IMG/VR virus record: IMGVR_UViG_3300020388_000007
Span: 1-33,485 of that record
Reading direction: 5' to 3' (one strand)
Length of the DNA: 33,485 bases
Source of the DNA: a virus
Lineage: Duplodnaviria; Caudoviricetes
Shown: one piece after another, positions 8,119 through 19,103 of the stretch
How positions within the stretch are numbered: position 1 is the first letter of the stretch
Layout: the number at the start of each line of letters is the position of its first letter
Notes under the pieces: generated by a model
Database searches by the model: none
What the model was told of the DNA's origin: nothing
The model's input: only the letters and a program-made list of their open reading frames with translations
Translations under genes and position numbers: made by a program

Positions 8119-10961
8119 TGGCTTTAGAAAGAGGATCATCCCTTAATAAAGGTGTCAGAAGAACAGGAGTAGAAGGTAGTTTTGGTGTTGTTAGAACAGC
8201 ACAAAATACTATTGGAACAAGTATAGCAAATGCTTCACAAACTGTAGATAAAATTACACAGTTTCAAGTAGATGTTATGGATAAAGAATGGCAAAACAAT
8301 TTTGATACAAGTAGTGCTATTTTTATAGAACAAGCTACTAGAGAAGAATTAAATAGTCAAAATCCTGATTTAGTAAAACTTAGAGAAAAATTTATTACCT
8401 ATAGAGATACACAATTAAAAGAAGCACCACAAAGATTTCAAAATTATATAACTAATAAATTAGATATTAACTTTGTTGATTCGGTAAATAATGTCAAAGA
8501 TTATGCTAATGATTTAAAATTTATAAATTTAAGCACACAAGGAACTACTTTAGCTAATATGAATTATGATAGTACATATAGCTCTATACAAACAATTATA
8601 AAAAATAACAAAGGTAACAATGAAAAAATACAACAAGAAATTGATTTATTATTTGTTAATGAAGTATTACCTAATATAGCATCACAAACAAAAAATGACA
8701 TTGTATTAAGTCAATTAAAACCTCTTGAAATGACTCCAGCTATGATTGAAGAAAGAGGTAACAAAACTAATATAGCATATGAAACCTTAAGAAATATTGG
8801 AATGATTGAAATGATGGTTGCTAATGTAAATTTTGATAGTAATGATACACAAAAATTAGCATCTGATTTAGAAATATTAGATAGAGCTATTGATGATTAC
8901 ATTGAAAATTATGTTACAAATCCAGATGCAAGAAAATACAATATGGATGAAAGAACTATTGCAGAAGTTGCTAAAAATTTAGAAACTACAAAAACAAATT
9001 TATTATCAGTACAACAAGATAAAATTCAAAAATCTATTAATGCAGAAACATATACACAAGGAGTTTTTTCAACAGAATTTGTAAATAACTATAAAAATAA
9101 TTCTAGATTATCAATAGAATCTACACCTAAAAGTATATTAGAATCTTTAAACAATACAGATTCTTTAGTTAATTTATATAACAACCCTGAATTATTTGCT
9201 AAAACTTTAAATAGTGCTATTGAAGCAACAAGTATTCATAAAATAATTGCTGGAAAACAATTTCAAAATAATGGTGTATTACCAAATATTGGAGATTTGA
9301 CTATTGAAATAAATACACAATTATCAACTAATATTAGTGAAGATGATTTATCAAGATATGTATATTCATCATTAGGTGGTTTATATAATTATACAGCAGA
9401 TCAAATGGTTAATGATGTAGATATAGTATTAAACAATCCAACACCAGATTCTGGTCCTGGTGGTTTTAGTGATGAATATGTACAATCTACTAAAAATTTT
9501 CAAGCTGCTGCAACTATGATGCAAAATGGTTATTACCCTCCAGGTTTAAATAATTATTTTTCTAATGTAGATAGAATAATGACAAAAACAGATTTAACAG
9601 ATCTTGATATAACAAGAGTAAATCAAAGTATGCAATTATTTAATTATATAAATAATAATGGTAGCGATGTTTTTTTTCCTACAGTTACAGGATCTGAAAC
9701 ACCTACATTTTTTCAATATTTAAAAATGTCAAAAGGACAACTATATGAAGGTGTAAATATTTTAGACTTAAATGATTTAAGAAACTTACAAACAGAATTT
9801 AAAGCATTTGTAGAAGCTCCATATGATTTAAATGAAATAAATAAATTTTTAATTGATAATAATCAGAACATAACATTGGACAATGTACAACTTAAAATTA
9901 CAGAAGATTTAAGATCACAGTTTGGTTTAGAAGCTATTGGAAAATTTTTATATAATAAATTACCTTATGTTGATGTTCCGTTTACAGATATGGATATTGG
10001 TTTAGATGAAGATGAACTATTTAAAAAAACAGAAGCATTTAGTGATTTATTCGCCAACATACCTGAATGGAAAAAAATAGCTATTGGAATGTCTATTGGT
10101 TTTGGAGGAGAAGAATATTTTAAAGATAATCCTTATCCACAATATTTACAAATAGATCCTGTTATTTTAGAACAATTTAATGAAATTTATGTTCAACAGT
10201 TAAAAAATAATGGTGTTGATTTTTCTTTAATGAAAAAAAATCCTGATAAATTTTTATCAGAAATACAAGAAGTAAGAGAACAAGCATTATATTCTACTGC
10301 ATATAGATTAAACAGAGAGGGTTTTGGTATATCAAATTATGAATCAATGAATAATGGTGGTAAATTAGTTCAAAATCCCCTTGAAAATCAAATACCATAT
10401 TCAAATAAATTAGATAAAGAAATGTATATGACAGGACATATATACACACACATTAAAAGTATGGAAGCTAAGTATGGTGAAGATAAAATGAAAGATATGT
10501 ATCCAGGAGTATACATTAATAATTTTGGAACTTCACAAGCTAATGAAGTAAAATTAGATATGAAAAGAGTAAATGATTTATTAAATGATGGTGCTTTTTA
10601 TTTTATAAAAGAACCTGGTAATGTTTATAGTTATAATTTAAATCCTAATAATATTTATTCTAATAGTTATGAAATGTCTATGGATATTGATGATCCACAA
10701 TTTCTTAGTGTTGATGATGTAATGACAACTAATGATGGAAAACAATTTTCAAAAAAAGCTATAGTAACTGAAGCTGTTAAAGATTATTTATCTGATAATA
10801 AATTGTTAAGTTATTTTGAAGATCAAGGATTAAATAGTAAATATGCAGAAAATTTTTTATATGCAATATTATATCCAGGAACATATGGTCTTACTAATAG
10901 AGATGATTTATTAGATTACTTAGAAGAAAATAAACCAGATATAAGAATGTTTGGACAATGA
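8118..10961 (+). CDS. Large internal virion (ejection) protein
   Basis: 947-aa ORF; assigned by synteny with T7 gp15, no motif recognised. Confidence 0.6.
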   Translation: MALERGSSLNKGVRRTGVEGSFGVVRTAQNTIGTSIANASQTVDKITQFQVDVMDKEWQNNFDTSSAIFIEQATREELNSQNPDLVKLREKFITYRDTQLKEAPQRFQNYITNKLDINFVDSVNNVKDYANDLKFINLSTQGTTLANMNYDSTYSSIQTIIKNNKGNNEKIQQEIDLLFVNEVLPNIASQTKNDIVLSQLKPLEMTPAMIEERGNKTNIAYETLRNIGMIEMMVANVNFDSNDTQKLASDLEILDRAIDDYIENYVTNPDARKYNMDERTIAEVAKNLETTKTNLLSVQQDKIQKSINAETYTQGVFSTEFVNNYKNNSRLSIESTPKSILESLNNTDSLVNLYNNPELFAKTLNSAIEATSIHKIIAGKQFQNNGVLPNIGDLTIEINTQLSTNISEDDLSRYVYSSLGGLYNYTADQMVNDVDIVLNNPTPDSGPGGFSDEYVQSTKNFQAAATMMQNGYYPPGLNNYFSNVDRIMTKTDLTDLDITRVNQSMQLFNYINNNGSDVFFPTVTGSETPTFFQYLKMSKGQLYEGVNILDLNDLRNLQTEFKAFVEAPYDLNEINKFLIDNNQNITLDNVQLKITEDLRSQFGLEAIGKFLYNKLPYVDVPFTDMDIGLDEDELFKKTEAFSDLFANIPEWKKIAIGMSIGFGGEEYFKDNPYPQYLQIDPVILEQFNEIYVQQLKNNGVDFSLMKKNPDKFLSEIQEVREQALYSTAYRLNREGFGISNYESMNNGGKLVQNPLENQIPYSNKLDKEMYMTGHIYTHIKSMEAKYGEDKMKDMYPGVYINNFGTSQANEVKLDMKRVNDLLNDGAFYFIKEPGNVYSYNLNPNNIYSNSYEMSMDIDDPQFLSVDDVMTTNDGKQFSKKAIVTEAVKDYLSDNKLLSYFEDQGLNSKYAENFLYAILYPGTYGLTNRDDLLDYLEENKPDIRMFGQ

Positions 10962-13900
10962 GTAATGTAGCACTTAAAGGTTTTACTAGAAGAATTATAC
11001 CTAATGAATTAGATATACCTGAAAGCTCACTAGATGGTTTTTTTAAAAACCCAAAGTTAGAACAATTTAAAAGAGGTGTACTAGATGAAAACTCAGTTGC
11101 ACTTTCATTTGCAGCTACAATGGAAAAAACTGCAAACTTTAAAAAAGATCCAACATATGATTTCTTATATGATGAACAATTAAAACCATATGTTGATAAT
11201 ATAGATTATTTTAGAAACTCTGGTAGTAAATTAGAAAGTAAATATTTAATAAATGAACTAAAAGAACAATCAGAAATGATTGCAACAAATCCTGGAGCAT
11301 ACTTTATAGGTAGACTTACAGGAGGTATATTAGATCCTGTAACTTATGCTGCTTTTAGTATGAAAGCATTTAGAACTGCAAGTGGAGCATATAATTTAAA
11401 AAGAATTACAGCTATAGCTACAGCTGAAGAATTATATAAACAAACTATAAATGCAAATAGAGAAAAAGAATTAGCATATTTTGTACCAGTAGGTACAGCT
11501 ATAGTTACAGGGTTAGTTAATACTATTGGTAGATTAAAAAGTTTTGAAGGTGGTGAAGCTGTTGGTAAATATAACAAACAGCAATTATTATTAGATGGTA
11601 GAGAAGAAGTAGTTGCTAGAGCAAAACAAAATAATGGTGAATTATTAGATAGTAGAATACTTGATCCTGATAATAGAATAGGTCCAAAAGGAGTAGGTGC
11701 AGATGCTACTAATACTGGTGGAGCTAGGTCATATAATGATGACTTATATGATGAAGCTATTGCTAATACATTAACTGGTTTAGAAAAAACAAATGCTACA
11801 CCTATGTTTCGATTATTAAAATCTCCTATATTGCAAGTCAGAGAATTAGCTACAGATTTATTAGATACAAAACTTTTACAAAATAAAAATAAATTGAATA
11901 CAGGATTTACTACAAAATCTATTGAATCTGCTATAGCAAGAAAATATATTTATGTAGAAGAAGCAAGGCAAAATGCAAAAGGTGGTTATAAAGATTATTT
12001 AAAAAGAGTATATCAAGAAAATAATCTTGGACAGGATGCAAGGTTTAAAAGAACAGAAATGCGTTTTAAAGGAATTAAAACTATATCTGAAAGAGAATTT
12101 CAAAGAAGAATATCATACAGACTTGTCAGTAAAGATATTAAAGATCCCATTCCAGAAGTAAATAAAGTTGCAAGTTATTTAAGAGAAAATTTTTTTACTA
12201 GAATTGGTAGAGAAGCAGATGCAGAAGAATTGTTTAGCATTTATTCTAAAGTTATTATAGCTGGTTTAAAAAGAACTAGAGATAAAATGAAAAGGGAAAA
12301 CAAAAAAACTACTGAATCAAATGGAGTAACTAAAACACTTGCTGAAATAGAAGCAAGATTAGCAGATGAAGAAGCTAGATTAATTAATATAAACGCTACA
12401 GGACCTTTAAGAGAAGATTATTTACCTAGATATTGGAAAAGAGATTTAATAAGAAATAAAAAAAAGGATTTTAAAAAAGATCTTAGAATAGCTTTTAACA
12501 ACAAAGGTATAAATATATCAGTAAATGAATTAGATGAGATTGTAGATGATATAGCTACAAGCACACCATTTAATAAATTACCTAGAGATGCTGTAAAACC
12601 AGATGAAACATTTGATTTATCTTTTGCATTTCAACCATCAGGAGTATCAAAACATTTAAGAAATAGAGTAATGATATTAGATGATGCTTATTTAATGCAA
12701 AGAGGATGGATGGAAGATAATATTAATATTATAGCAAAACAATATTTTAACTCAACTATGCCTGATATAGAAATATCTAAAGTATTTGGTGATGTAGCTA
12801 TGATGGGATTAAAAGGACCTGATAGTGGGTATAGACCTAGTATTCCACAAATAGCTATGGAATGGGATGCTTATATAAATAAAATAGCACCAAAAAATAC
12901 ACGCCCTAAACTCAGAGAAAAACTTATACAAAAAAAACAAGATGATATTAGAGATATAGAAGCTAGTAGAGATTTACTAAGAGGTACTTATGGATTAACT
13001 AACAATCCAGAATCAGGTTTTCAATCAGGTATTAGAACAACAAAAAATATACAAAACATGATTTTTTTATCTGGTTTTTTATCTGCTGCTCCAGACATGG
13101 CAAGATTAATTATGCAAAATGGAATTAAAAAAGGGTTTGGTCAAACTTTTGAAATATTTGCAAATCAATCAAATAGACAAATATTAAAAATGTCTAAAAA
13201 AGAAGCTAATATGGTTGGAGAAGCATTAGACTTAGCCATAGCTGGTAGAGCTAATACTATAGGTAATGTTGATGAAATGATTTATGGATTGAATAGTGTT
13301 GAAAGAGCTACTGGTGCTGCTAATTCATTTTATTTTACATTTATAAATTTAATGAATGTTTGGAATACAGGCATGAAAACAGCATCTTCTTATATTGGTA
13401 GTACAAAAATTATTGAATTTGCAGAACAAGCAACTAAAGGAACAATATCACAAAAAAATATGGCTAAATTATTAAGTGGTAGTATTGATAAATCAATGGC
13501 TAAAAGAATAGTACAACAATATAAAAAATATGGTTTAGGTGTTGGTGGTGCAGAAAAAGGAGATCTTAAATATAGTAAAGTAGCAAGATCTGATTTATGG
13601 GATGACAGAGAAGCAGCAGAAGCATTTGGTAATGCTTTAAGAAAAGAAATTAGAACAACTATTATTACACCAGATAAAGGTGATGTACCATTATGGATGA
13701 ATAAACCATTAGGAGGTTTATTATCTCAATTTAAAAAGTTTGGTATGGCAGCAACACAAGCTGTTATGATGAGAGGTTTACAAGAAAGAGATCAAAACTT
13801 TTTTATTGGTTTAATGTTCTTAGTAAGTATGGGTGCTATGGTAGATGCAGTAAGACAAAGAGCTTTTGATAGAGATTATTCTAAAAAGAAAACAGGAGAT

Positions 13901-14224
13901 AAAATAGCTAGTGCTTTAGATAGATCAGGAGCGATTGGTATATTTAGTGATTTAAATAGAATGTTAGAAGTTATGTCAGATAATGAATTAGGTATAGCTC
14001 CAGCATTAGGTGCTGGTAAACCTTATAATGCTACAAATAGACAAAAACTAGGATTAGTAGGACCTTCGGGATCACTAGCCTATAATTTATATGAAATAAT
14101 GTTAGATACTGGTAGTGGTAATTATGATTATACAACTGCTAGAGCTATAAGAAGATCTTTACCTTTACAGAATATATGGTATTTAGATAGTTTATTTGAT
14201 AAATTTGAAAAAGGTATAAGATAA
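10958..14224 (+). CDS. Large internal virion (ejection) protein, T7 gp16-like
   Basis: 1088 aa; YLPRYW, TIITPDKGDVPLWM...SQFKKF and terminal RRSLPLQN motifs seen in gp16-like proteins. Confidence 0.72.
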   Translation: MSNVALKGFTRRIIPNELDIPESSLDGFFKNPKLEQFKRGVLDENSVALSFAATMEKTANFKKDPTYDFLYDEQLKPYVDNIDYFRNSGSKLESKYLINELKEQSEMIATNPGAYFIGRLTGGILDPVTYAAFSMKAFRTASGAYNLKRITAIATAEELYKQTINANREKELAYFVPVGTAIVTGLVNTIGRLKSFEGGEAVGKYNKQQLLLDGREEVVARAKQNNGELLDSRILDPDNRIGPKGVGADATNTGGARSYNDDLYDEAIANTLTGLEKTNATPMFRLLKSPILQVRELATDLLDTKLLQNKNKLNTGFTTKSIESAIARKYIYVEEARQNAKGGYKDYLKRVYQENNLGQDARFKRTEMRFKGIKTISEREFQRRISYRLVSKDIKDPIPEVNKVASYLRENFFTRIGREADAEELFSIYSKVIIAGLKRTRDKMKRENKKTTESNGVTKTLAEIEARLADEEARLININATGPLREDYLPRYWKRDLIRNKKKDFKKDLRIAFNNKGINISVNELDEIVDDIATSTPFNKLPRDAVKPDETFDLSFAFQPSGVSKHLRNRVMILDDAYLMQRGWMEDNINIIAKQYFNSTMPDIEISKVFGDVAMMGLKGPDSGYRPSIPQIAMEWDAYINKIAPKNTRPKLREKLIQKKQDDIRDIEASRDLLRGTYGLTNNPESGFQSGIRTTKNIQNMIFLSGFLSAAPDMARLIMQNGIKKGFGQTFEIFANQSNRQILKMSKKEANMVGEALDLAIAGRANTIGNVDEMIYGLNSVERATGAANSFYFTFINLMNVWNTGMKTASSYIGSTKIIEFAEQATKGTISQKNMAKLLSGSIDKSMAKRIVQQYKKYGLGVGGAEKGDLKYSKVARSDLWDDREAAEAFGNALRKEIRTTIITPDKGDVPLWMNKPLGGLLSQFKKFGMAATQAVMMRGLQERDQNFFIGLMFLVSMGAMVDAVRQRAFDRDYSKKKTGDKIASALDRSGAIGIFSDLNRMLEVMSDNELGIAPALGAGKPYNATNRQKLGLVGPSGSLAYNLYEIMLDTGSGNYDYTTARAIRRSLPLQNIWYLDSLFDKFEKGIR

Positions 14225-15784
14225 ATGGCATTAGCAATATCAGACACATCCCCTAGAATACAGTATACAGCTACTGCTGGACAGACTGCATTTACTGTAC
14301 CATTTGAGTTTTTTGCTGATGGTGATCTTACAGTTATTAAAACAGCTGTATCTGATGGTGCAGATACTACATTAACACTTGCATCTAGTCCTTCTAGTGC
14401 TGCACAATATTCTGTTACTGGTGCTGGTGTATCAGGTGGTGGATCTATTACATTAGGTGGTGGTGCTACTGTTAATGATAAATATACTATATCTAGAAAC
14501 TTAGCTGTATCTAGAACCTCTGATTTTCCTGTATCTGGTACATTTCCTATAGAAACACTTAATACTGAACTAGACAAAATTATTGCTATGATTCAGCAAA
14601 ATGAGAGAGATATATTATTTTCTCCAAAAGCTAAGATATCTACATCAACTGCATTTAACCTGACATTCCCTGAGTTAGTAGCTAATAAAATACTTACAGT
14701 TAATAGTGCTGGTAATGCTTTAGAGTTTAGTCAATCAATTACAGATGTAGCAACTGTTGCTGGTATTGCTAGTGATGTTACTACAGTAAGTGGTATTGCA
14801 TCTAATGTTACAGCTGTTGCTGGTAATGCAACTAATATCAATGCTGTTGCTGCTGATGCAACGGATATAGGTACTGTAGCTGGTAAAGCCACAGAGATAG
14901 GTAGATTAGGTACTTCAGATGCTGTAGCAGATATGGCTATTTTAGGAACTGCTGATGTTGTAAATGATATGAATGTCTTAGGTAGTTCTGCAACTGTAAC
15001 TGCTATGAACTTATTAGGTACTTCTGATGTGGTATCAGATATGAATACCCTAGCCACAGCTGACATAGTTTCTGATATGAATACTTTAGCAACTGCTGAT
15101 GTGGTTGCAGATATGAATACTCTGGGTACTGCTGATGTAGTATCTGACATGAATACACTTGCTACTGCAGATATTGTAAGTGATATGAACACTTTAGCTA
15201 CATCTTCTAATGTAACTAACATGAATACTCTTGCTGGTATATCTAGCGATATAACTACTGTTGCTGGAATATCTAGTGCAGTTAGTGCTGTAAACTCCAA
15301 TGCAACTAACATTAACGCTGTAAATTCTAATTCTTCTAATATTAATACTGTAGCTGGTAATAACTCTAATATTACTACTGTCGCTGGTGTATCATCTAAT
15401 GTTACTACTGTGGCTTCTAATATTGCCAATGTTAATACTACTGCCACTAATATTACAAATGTAAATACATTTGCTAACCAATATCGAATCGGATCAAGTG
15501 ATCCAACATCATCTTTAGATGAAGGTGATTTATTCTACAATACCACAAGCAATCTATTAAAGTTCTATAATGGTAGTGCCTGGGTAGCCATTTCTGCTGA
15601 TACTGATGCTTTAGTGAAAGTGTCAAGTAATGATACAACTGCTGGATTTCTTAATGGAAAGCTAGTAGCTGGAAGCAACATTTCCTTTACAGAAGGTAGT
15701 GATGGTGGTAATGAAACATTAACAATAGCTGGTTCTGGAGCTTCGTTAGATGATGCTACAGCTCTAGCAATAGCATTAGGCTAG
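14225..15784 (+). CDS. Tail fibre protein
   Basis: N-terminal T7 gp17-like anchor (YTATAGQTAFTVPFEFF...ETLNTELDK), a long 10-/12-aa repeat shaft, GDLFYNT...LKFYNGSAW, and C-terminal ATALAIALG. Confidence 0.88.
   Translation: MALAISDTSPRIQYTATAGQTAFTVPFEFFADGDLTVIKTAVSDGADTTLTLASSPSSAAQYSVTGAGVSGGGSITLGGGATVNDKYTISRNLAVSRTSDFPVSGTFPIETLNTELDKIIAMIQQNERDILFSPKAKISTSTAFNLTFPELVANKILTVNSAGNALEFSQSITDVATVAGIASDVTTVSGIASNVTAVAGNATNINAVAADATDIGTVAGKATEIGRLGTSDAVADMAILGTADVVNDMNVLGSSATVTAMNLLGTSDVVSDMNTLATADIVSDMNTLATADVVADMNTLGTADVVSDMNTLATADIVSDMNTLATSSNVTNMNTLAGISSDITTVAGISSAVSAVNSNATNINAVNSNSSNINTVAGNNSNITTVAGVSSNVTTVASNIANVNTTATNITNVNTFANQYRIGSSDPTSSLDEGDLFYNTTSNLLKFYNGSAWVAISADTDALVKVSSNDTTAGFLNGKLVAGSNISFTEGSDGGNETLTIAGSGASLDDATALAIALG
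14912..15235 (+). repeat. Nine tandem 36-nt (12-aa) coding repeats, consensus TADVVSDMNTLA
   Basis: Read directly from the translation; flanked by 10-aa xxxNITTVAG-type repeats. Confidence 0.9.
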
Positions 15785-15794
15785 AAAGGATAGA

Positions 15795-16145
15795 ATGGCT
15801 AATACATTTAAAATAAAAACTAATGATGCTATGCCATCTAGTTCTGGTACACCTTTAACACTATATACAGTACCGAGTTCTACTACTTCGGTAGTACTAG
15901 GATTATTACTATGTAATATTCATACAGCTGAAGTAAATGTTAGTGTTAAGATTGAATCAGATACTTCTGATACAGAAACAAATCAAACTGTGTTTGTAGT
16001 TAAAAATGCACCTATTCCAGTTGGTGGTACTCTTGAAGTACTGACTGGTAGTAAGGTGGTATTACAAACTACAGATGTTGTAAAAGTTGATTGTTCTGTT
16101 TCTGCAAAAATAGATGCAGCATTATCAATAATGGAGATTACATAA
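15795..16145 (+). CDS. Tail-fibre-associated small structural protein
   Basis: 116 aa MANTFK...LYTVPSSTT...KVVL...LSIMEIT; SD AAGGA; follows the fibre gene. Confidence 0.7.
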   Translation: MANTFKIKTNDAMPSSSGTPLTLYTVPSSTTSVVLGLLLCNIHTAEVNVSVKIESDTSDTETNQTVFVVKNAPIPVGGTLEVLTGSKVVLQTTDVVKVDCSVSAKIDAALSIMEIT

Positions 16146-16146
16146 G

Positions 16147-16752
16147 TTGGCATATATTGGGCGTACACCTACAGGATCTATACTTACTGGTGCAGATATA
16201 GCAGACGGATCTATATCTACAGCTAAGATAGCAGACACAGCTGTTAGTACAGCTAAGATTGCTGATACAGCTATAAGCACAGCTAAGATAGCAGATGATG
16301 CAGTTACTAATGCTAAAGTAACAGGTTTTGGAAAAGTTATACAAGTAATTAGCCAAGTTCATAACACACAAGTTGGTGCTAATAACCAAGATGTACAGAC
16401 TTTTAACTTTGAAACGGCAATAACACCAACTTCATCATCTAACACTATTGTAGCTTTTATGAGTGTTGGAGGTCTAAGTAATGGTGGTGCAGGAAGATTA
16501 TTTTCAAGATTAGTGTATGGAACAACAAGTGGTGATATTTCTGGCACAGAAGTAACAGGATCAGCAGTAGCACAAGATAGTTCTGATACAGCAGGTTTAT
16601 CTTCTGTCACCCATGTTGTAAAATTTACAGCAGGTACAACAAGTGCATTATATGTTAAAAATACATTACAAAAACAAGATAGCGGCACACAATGGTACGC
16701 TCAAAGATATTCAAATCATAGTAATGTTGTTTTGATGGAGATAGAAATATGA
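16147..16752 (+). CDS. Short tail fibre / receptor-binding protein (MAYIG-type N-terminus)
   Basis: TTG start with GGAG upstream; four IADxAxSTAK 10-aa repeats; GKVIQV...ITPTSSSN...VLMEI head domain. Confidence 0.7.
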   Translation: MAYIGRTPTGSILTGADIADGSISTAKIADTAVSTAKIADTAISTAKIADDAVTNAKVTGFGKVIQVISQVHNTQVGANNQDVQTFNFETAITPTSSSNTIVAFMSVGGLSNGGAGRLFSRLVYGTTSGDISGTEVTGSAVAQDSSDTAGLSSVTHVVKFTAGTTSALYVKNTLQKQDSGTQWYAQRYSNHSNVVLMEIEI

Positions 16753-17063
16753 TTTTAGATGCAATACTTTCTTTAAACCCTAACGCTAAAGTTGTTGTTA
16801 GAGGAGATGATGTAGATTCTTGCACTATAGAATGGTTAGATGGAACAAGTGAAATATCTAAAAGTGATATAAAAACAAAAGTTGAAAAGCTACAAACACA
16901 ATATAGTAACAATAAATATCAAAGGGATAGAGCAGTTGCATATCCTTCTTTACAAGAATTTGCAGAGGCATATTGTGAAAAAGAAATAGGTGAAGATTCT
17001 ACAAAATGGGATGCTTATAAGACTGCTTATAACAAAGTAAGAACGGATAATCCAAAGGAGTAA
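16749..17063 (+). CDS. Tail fibre assembly/chaperone-like protein
   Basis: 104 aa ending YQRDRAVAYPS...WDAYK...VRTDNPKE; paralogous end to 19569..19898. Confidence 0.6.
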   Translation: MILDAILSLNPNAKVVVRGDDVDSCTIEWLDGTSEISKSDIKTKVEKLQTQYSNNKYQRDRAVAYPSLQEFAEAYCEKEIGEDSTKWDAYKTAYNKVRTDNPKE

Positions 17064-17065
17064 AT

Positions 17066-17518
17066 ATGGCATACATAGGAACAGCTCCTACAGATGGACA
17101 ATATACAATCTTAGATGATATATCATCAGGATTTAATGGATCAACAACAACATTTAACTTAACAAGTGGTGGTACTGCTGTTGTACCTCAGACAGATGCT
17201 AATGCCTTAATATCTATCTCAGGTGTTGTACAGTACACTTCAGCATACGCCATATCAGGATCTACTATCGTTTTCAGTTCAGCTCCATTGGCGTCAGATT
17301 CCTTTAGCGGTCGAGTTCTTGGTAATAGTAAGGACATAGGTGTGCCAACTGATGGAACAGTATCATCATCAAGTCTAGCCTCTACATTCTTCATGACTAA
17401 TGGTCAGACATTTAACAACATATCTATTGCATCTGGCAAAAATGCTATGGCAGTAGGTACAATAACTGTAAGTGGTACATTAACAGTACCATCAGGGAGT
17501 ACATTTGTAGTATTATGA
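17066..17518 (+). CDS. Tail-associated structural protein (MAYIG-type)
   Basis: 150 aa; LDDISSGFNGSTTTFNL...ISISGVVQ and C-terminal NAMAVGTITV...LTVPSGSTFVVL. Confidence 0.65.
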   Translation: MAYIGTAPTDGQYTILDDISSGFNGSTTTFNLTSGGTAVVPQTDANALISISGVVQYTSAYAISGSTIVFSSAPLASDSFSGRVLGNSKDIGVPTDGTVSSSSLASTFFMTNGQTFNNISIASGKNAMAVGTITVSGTLTVPSGSTFVVL

Positions 17519-18045
17519 GTAAAATTGAAGTACAAACAATAGACGCACCAAGTGGTCAAAATACAGTTACTATTGGTGATAGCAACGCATCAACTATAAC
17601 TCTAAAGTCTGGTGCAACACTTACAAACTTTCCAGCTAATACACCTTCGTTTCTTTGTACTAATGGTGGTTCAGCACAAACATTATCAAGTGCAACATGG
17701 ACAAAGATTACAGATTTTTCAGAAACTTATGATACTGATAGTGCTTTCACAGACAATCGTTTTACAGTTCCAAGTGGCAAAGCTGGTAAATATTTTTTTT
17801 ATGGTGGTATGAAAATTACAACTACATCAAGCCGTAGAGGAGTTATAGCTATTTACAAAAATGGATCAAAAATTTTAGCTGGTGGACAAGTTACAGATTA
17901 TTATAGTGGCCCAAGAGTGAGTGGTGCGATAGATCTTGCTGTTGGCGATTATGTTGAACTCTATGGAAAAATTGATGATGGTGGTGGTGGTAATATAGGT
18001 ACTGATACAAGTGAAGATATTTTTGGAGGTTTTAAATTAACATAA
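17515..18045 (+). CDS. C1q/TNF-like domain tail protein (paralogue 1)
   Basis: NTPSF...YDTDSAF...RFTVP...GKYFF...DLAVGDYVELY...FGGFKL. Confidence 0.7.
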   Translation: MSKIEVQTIDAPSGQNTVTIGDSNASTITLKSGATLTNFPANTPSFLCTNGGSAQTLSSATWTKITDFSETYDTDSAFTDNRFTVPSGKAGKYFFYGGMKITTTSSRRGVIAIYKNGSKILAGGQVTDYYSGPRVSGAIDLAVGDYVELYGKIDDGGGGNIGTDTSEDIFGGFKLT

Positions 18046-18567
18046 ATGAGCATATTAAAAACAAATCAAATAACTGACTTAGGGGGTAACGAACTACTAA
18101 CCAGTAATGGTAGTGGTGTTATCTCTAGTGGTGGTGCTATTACTAATACTCCTAGTTTTGCTGTCAAGATTACAGGCAATCAAAGTATTTCAAACGACAC
18201 AGACACAAAAGTCGCTTTTGATACAGTAGTATGGGATACAGATAGTGCATATAGCACATCTAATTATAGATTTACAGTACCCACAGGAAAAGGTGGTAAG
18301 TATTATTTACAGGCTCATACCCAAATACCTGGTATTGATGCAAATGAAATAGGTCAAATTATGATTTATATAAATGGTTCACATGACCAACTTGCTTCTG
18401 TGCGAGAACAAAAAGCAAGTTCAGATAGAATTTTTAGAATGATTACTGCATATACTGTTTCATTAAGTGTAGGAGATTATGTAGAAATTTATGTATATCA
18501 AAACTCAGGTGATGCACAAAATGCAACAAATCAATATTTTACAGGACACAGATTAATAGGAGCATAA
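18046..18567 (+). CDS. C1q/TNF-like domain tail protein (paralogue 2)
   Basis: NTPSF...FDTVVWDTDSAY...YRFTVP...GKYYL...LSVGDYVEIY...FTGHRL. Confidence 0.7.
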   Translation: MSILKTNQITDLGGNELLTSNGSGVISSGGAITNTPSFAVKITGNQSISNDTDTKVAFDTVVWDTDSAYSTSNYRFTVPTGKGGKYYLQAHTQIPGIDANEIGQIMIYINGSHDQLASVREQKASSDRIFRMITAYTVSLSVGDYVEIYVYQNSGDAQNATNQYFTGHRLIGA

Positions 18568-18568
18568 C

Positions 18569-19102
18569 ATGACATCAATTATTAAAGTAAACACAATACA
18601 AGATGTAGGTGGAAACAACCTATTAATATCTAATGGATCAGGAAGTATTACTACTAACAATATAGGTGGTCAGAATACTCCAGCTTTTGAAGCATATCCA
18701 AGCTCTGATTTATCAGTAGCTAGTGGTTCAACTGTGAAAGTTGTAGCTAATACAGAAAGATTTGATATTGGAAGTTGTTATGATAACAGTTCTAATTATC
18801 GTTTTACTCCTAATGTAGCTGGAAGGTATTTTTGTTATTGTTCTTATACCTATAACTTAACAGACGGAAATCTTGGTTTAGTTGCAGAATTAAGAAAAAA
18901 TGGTTCAGCAGTCTTATCTGCAAAACACCCAGCTCATGCAAATCAAAATTATTTAACAGGAGTATGTCATGGTGTAATTGAATTTAATGGTTCATCTGAT
19001 TATTTAGAATTTTTTACAGCAACGGATTCTGGTAGCACAAGAACTTTAGCTAGTGATAGTCAAAGAACTTACTTTGGAGCATACAGGATTATAGGAGCAT
19101 AG
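18569..19102 (+). CDS. C1q/TNF-like domain tail protein (paralogue 3)
   Basis: NTPAF...FDIGSCYD...YRFTPNVAGRYF...FNGSSDYLEF...FGAYRI. Confidence 0.7.
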   Translation: MTSIIKVNTIQDVGGNNLLISNGSGSITTNNIGGQNTPAFEAYPSSDLSVASGSTVKVVANTERFDIGSCYDNSSNYRFTPNVAGRYFCYCSYTYNLTDGNLGLVAELRKNGSAVLSAKHPAHANQNYLTGVCHGVIEFNGSSDYLEFFTATDSGSTRTLASDSQRTYFGAYRIIGA

Positions 19103-19103
19103 C

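Noticed and set aside
14128-14577. Other antisense ORFs in the structural region (also 2082..2303, 2490..2918, 4601..4894, 11344..11577, 16359..16688, 29652..29912, 29970..30350)
   Set aside because: They overlap well-supported + strand genes almost entirely and show no recognisable motifs.
14912-15235. CRISPR-like array
   Set aside because: The repeats are contiguous, in-frame and degenerate at third positions, with no spacers or cas genes.
14731-15447. 238-aa minus-strand ORF
   Set aside because: It is the antisense shadow of the low-complexity tail fibre repeats, with no independent signal.
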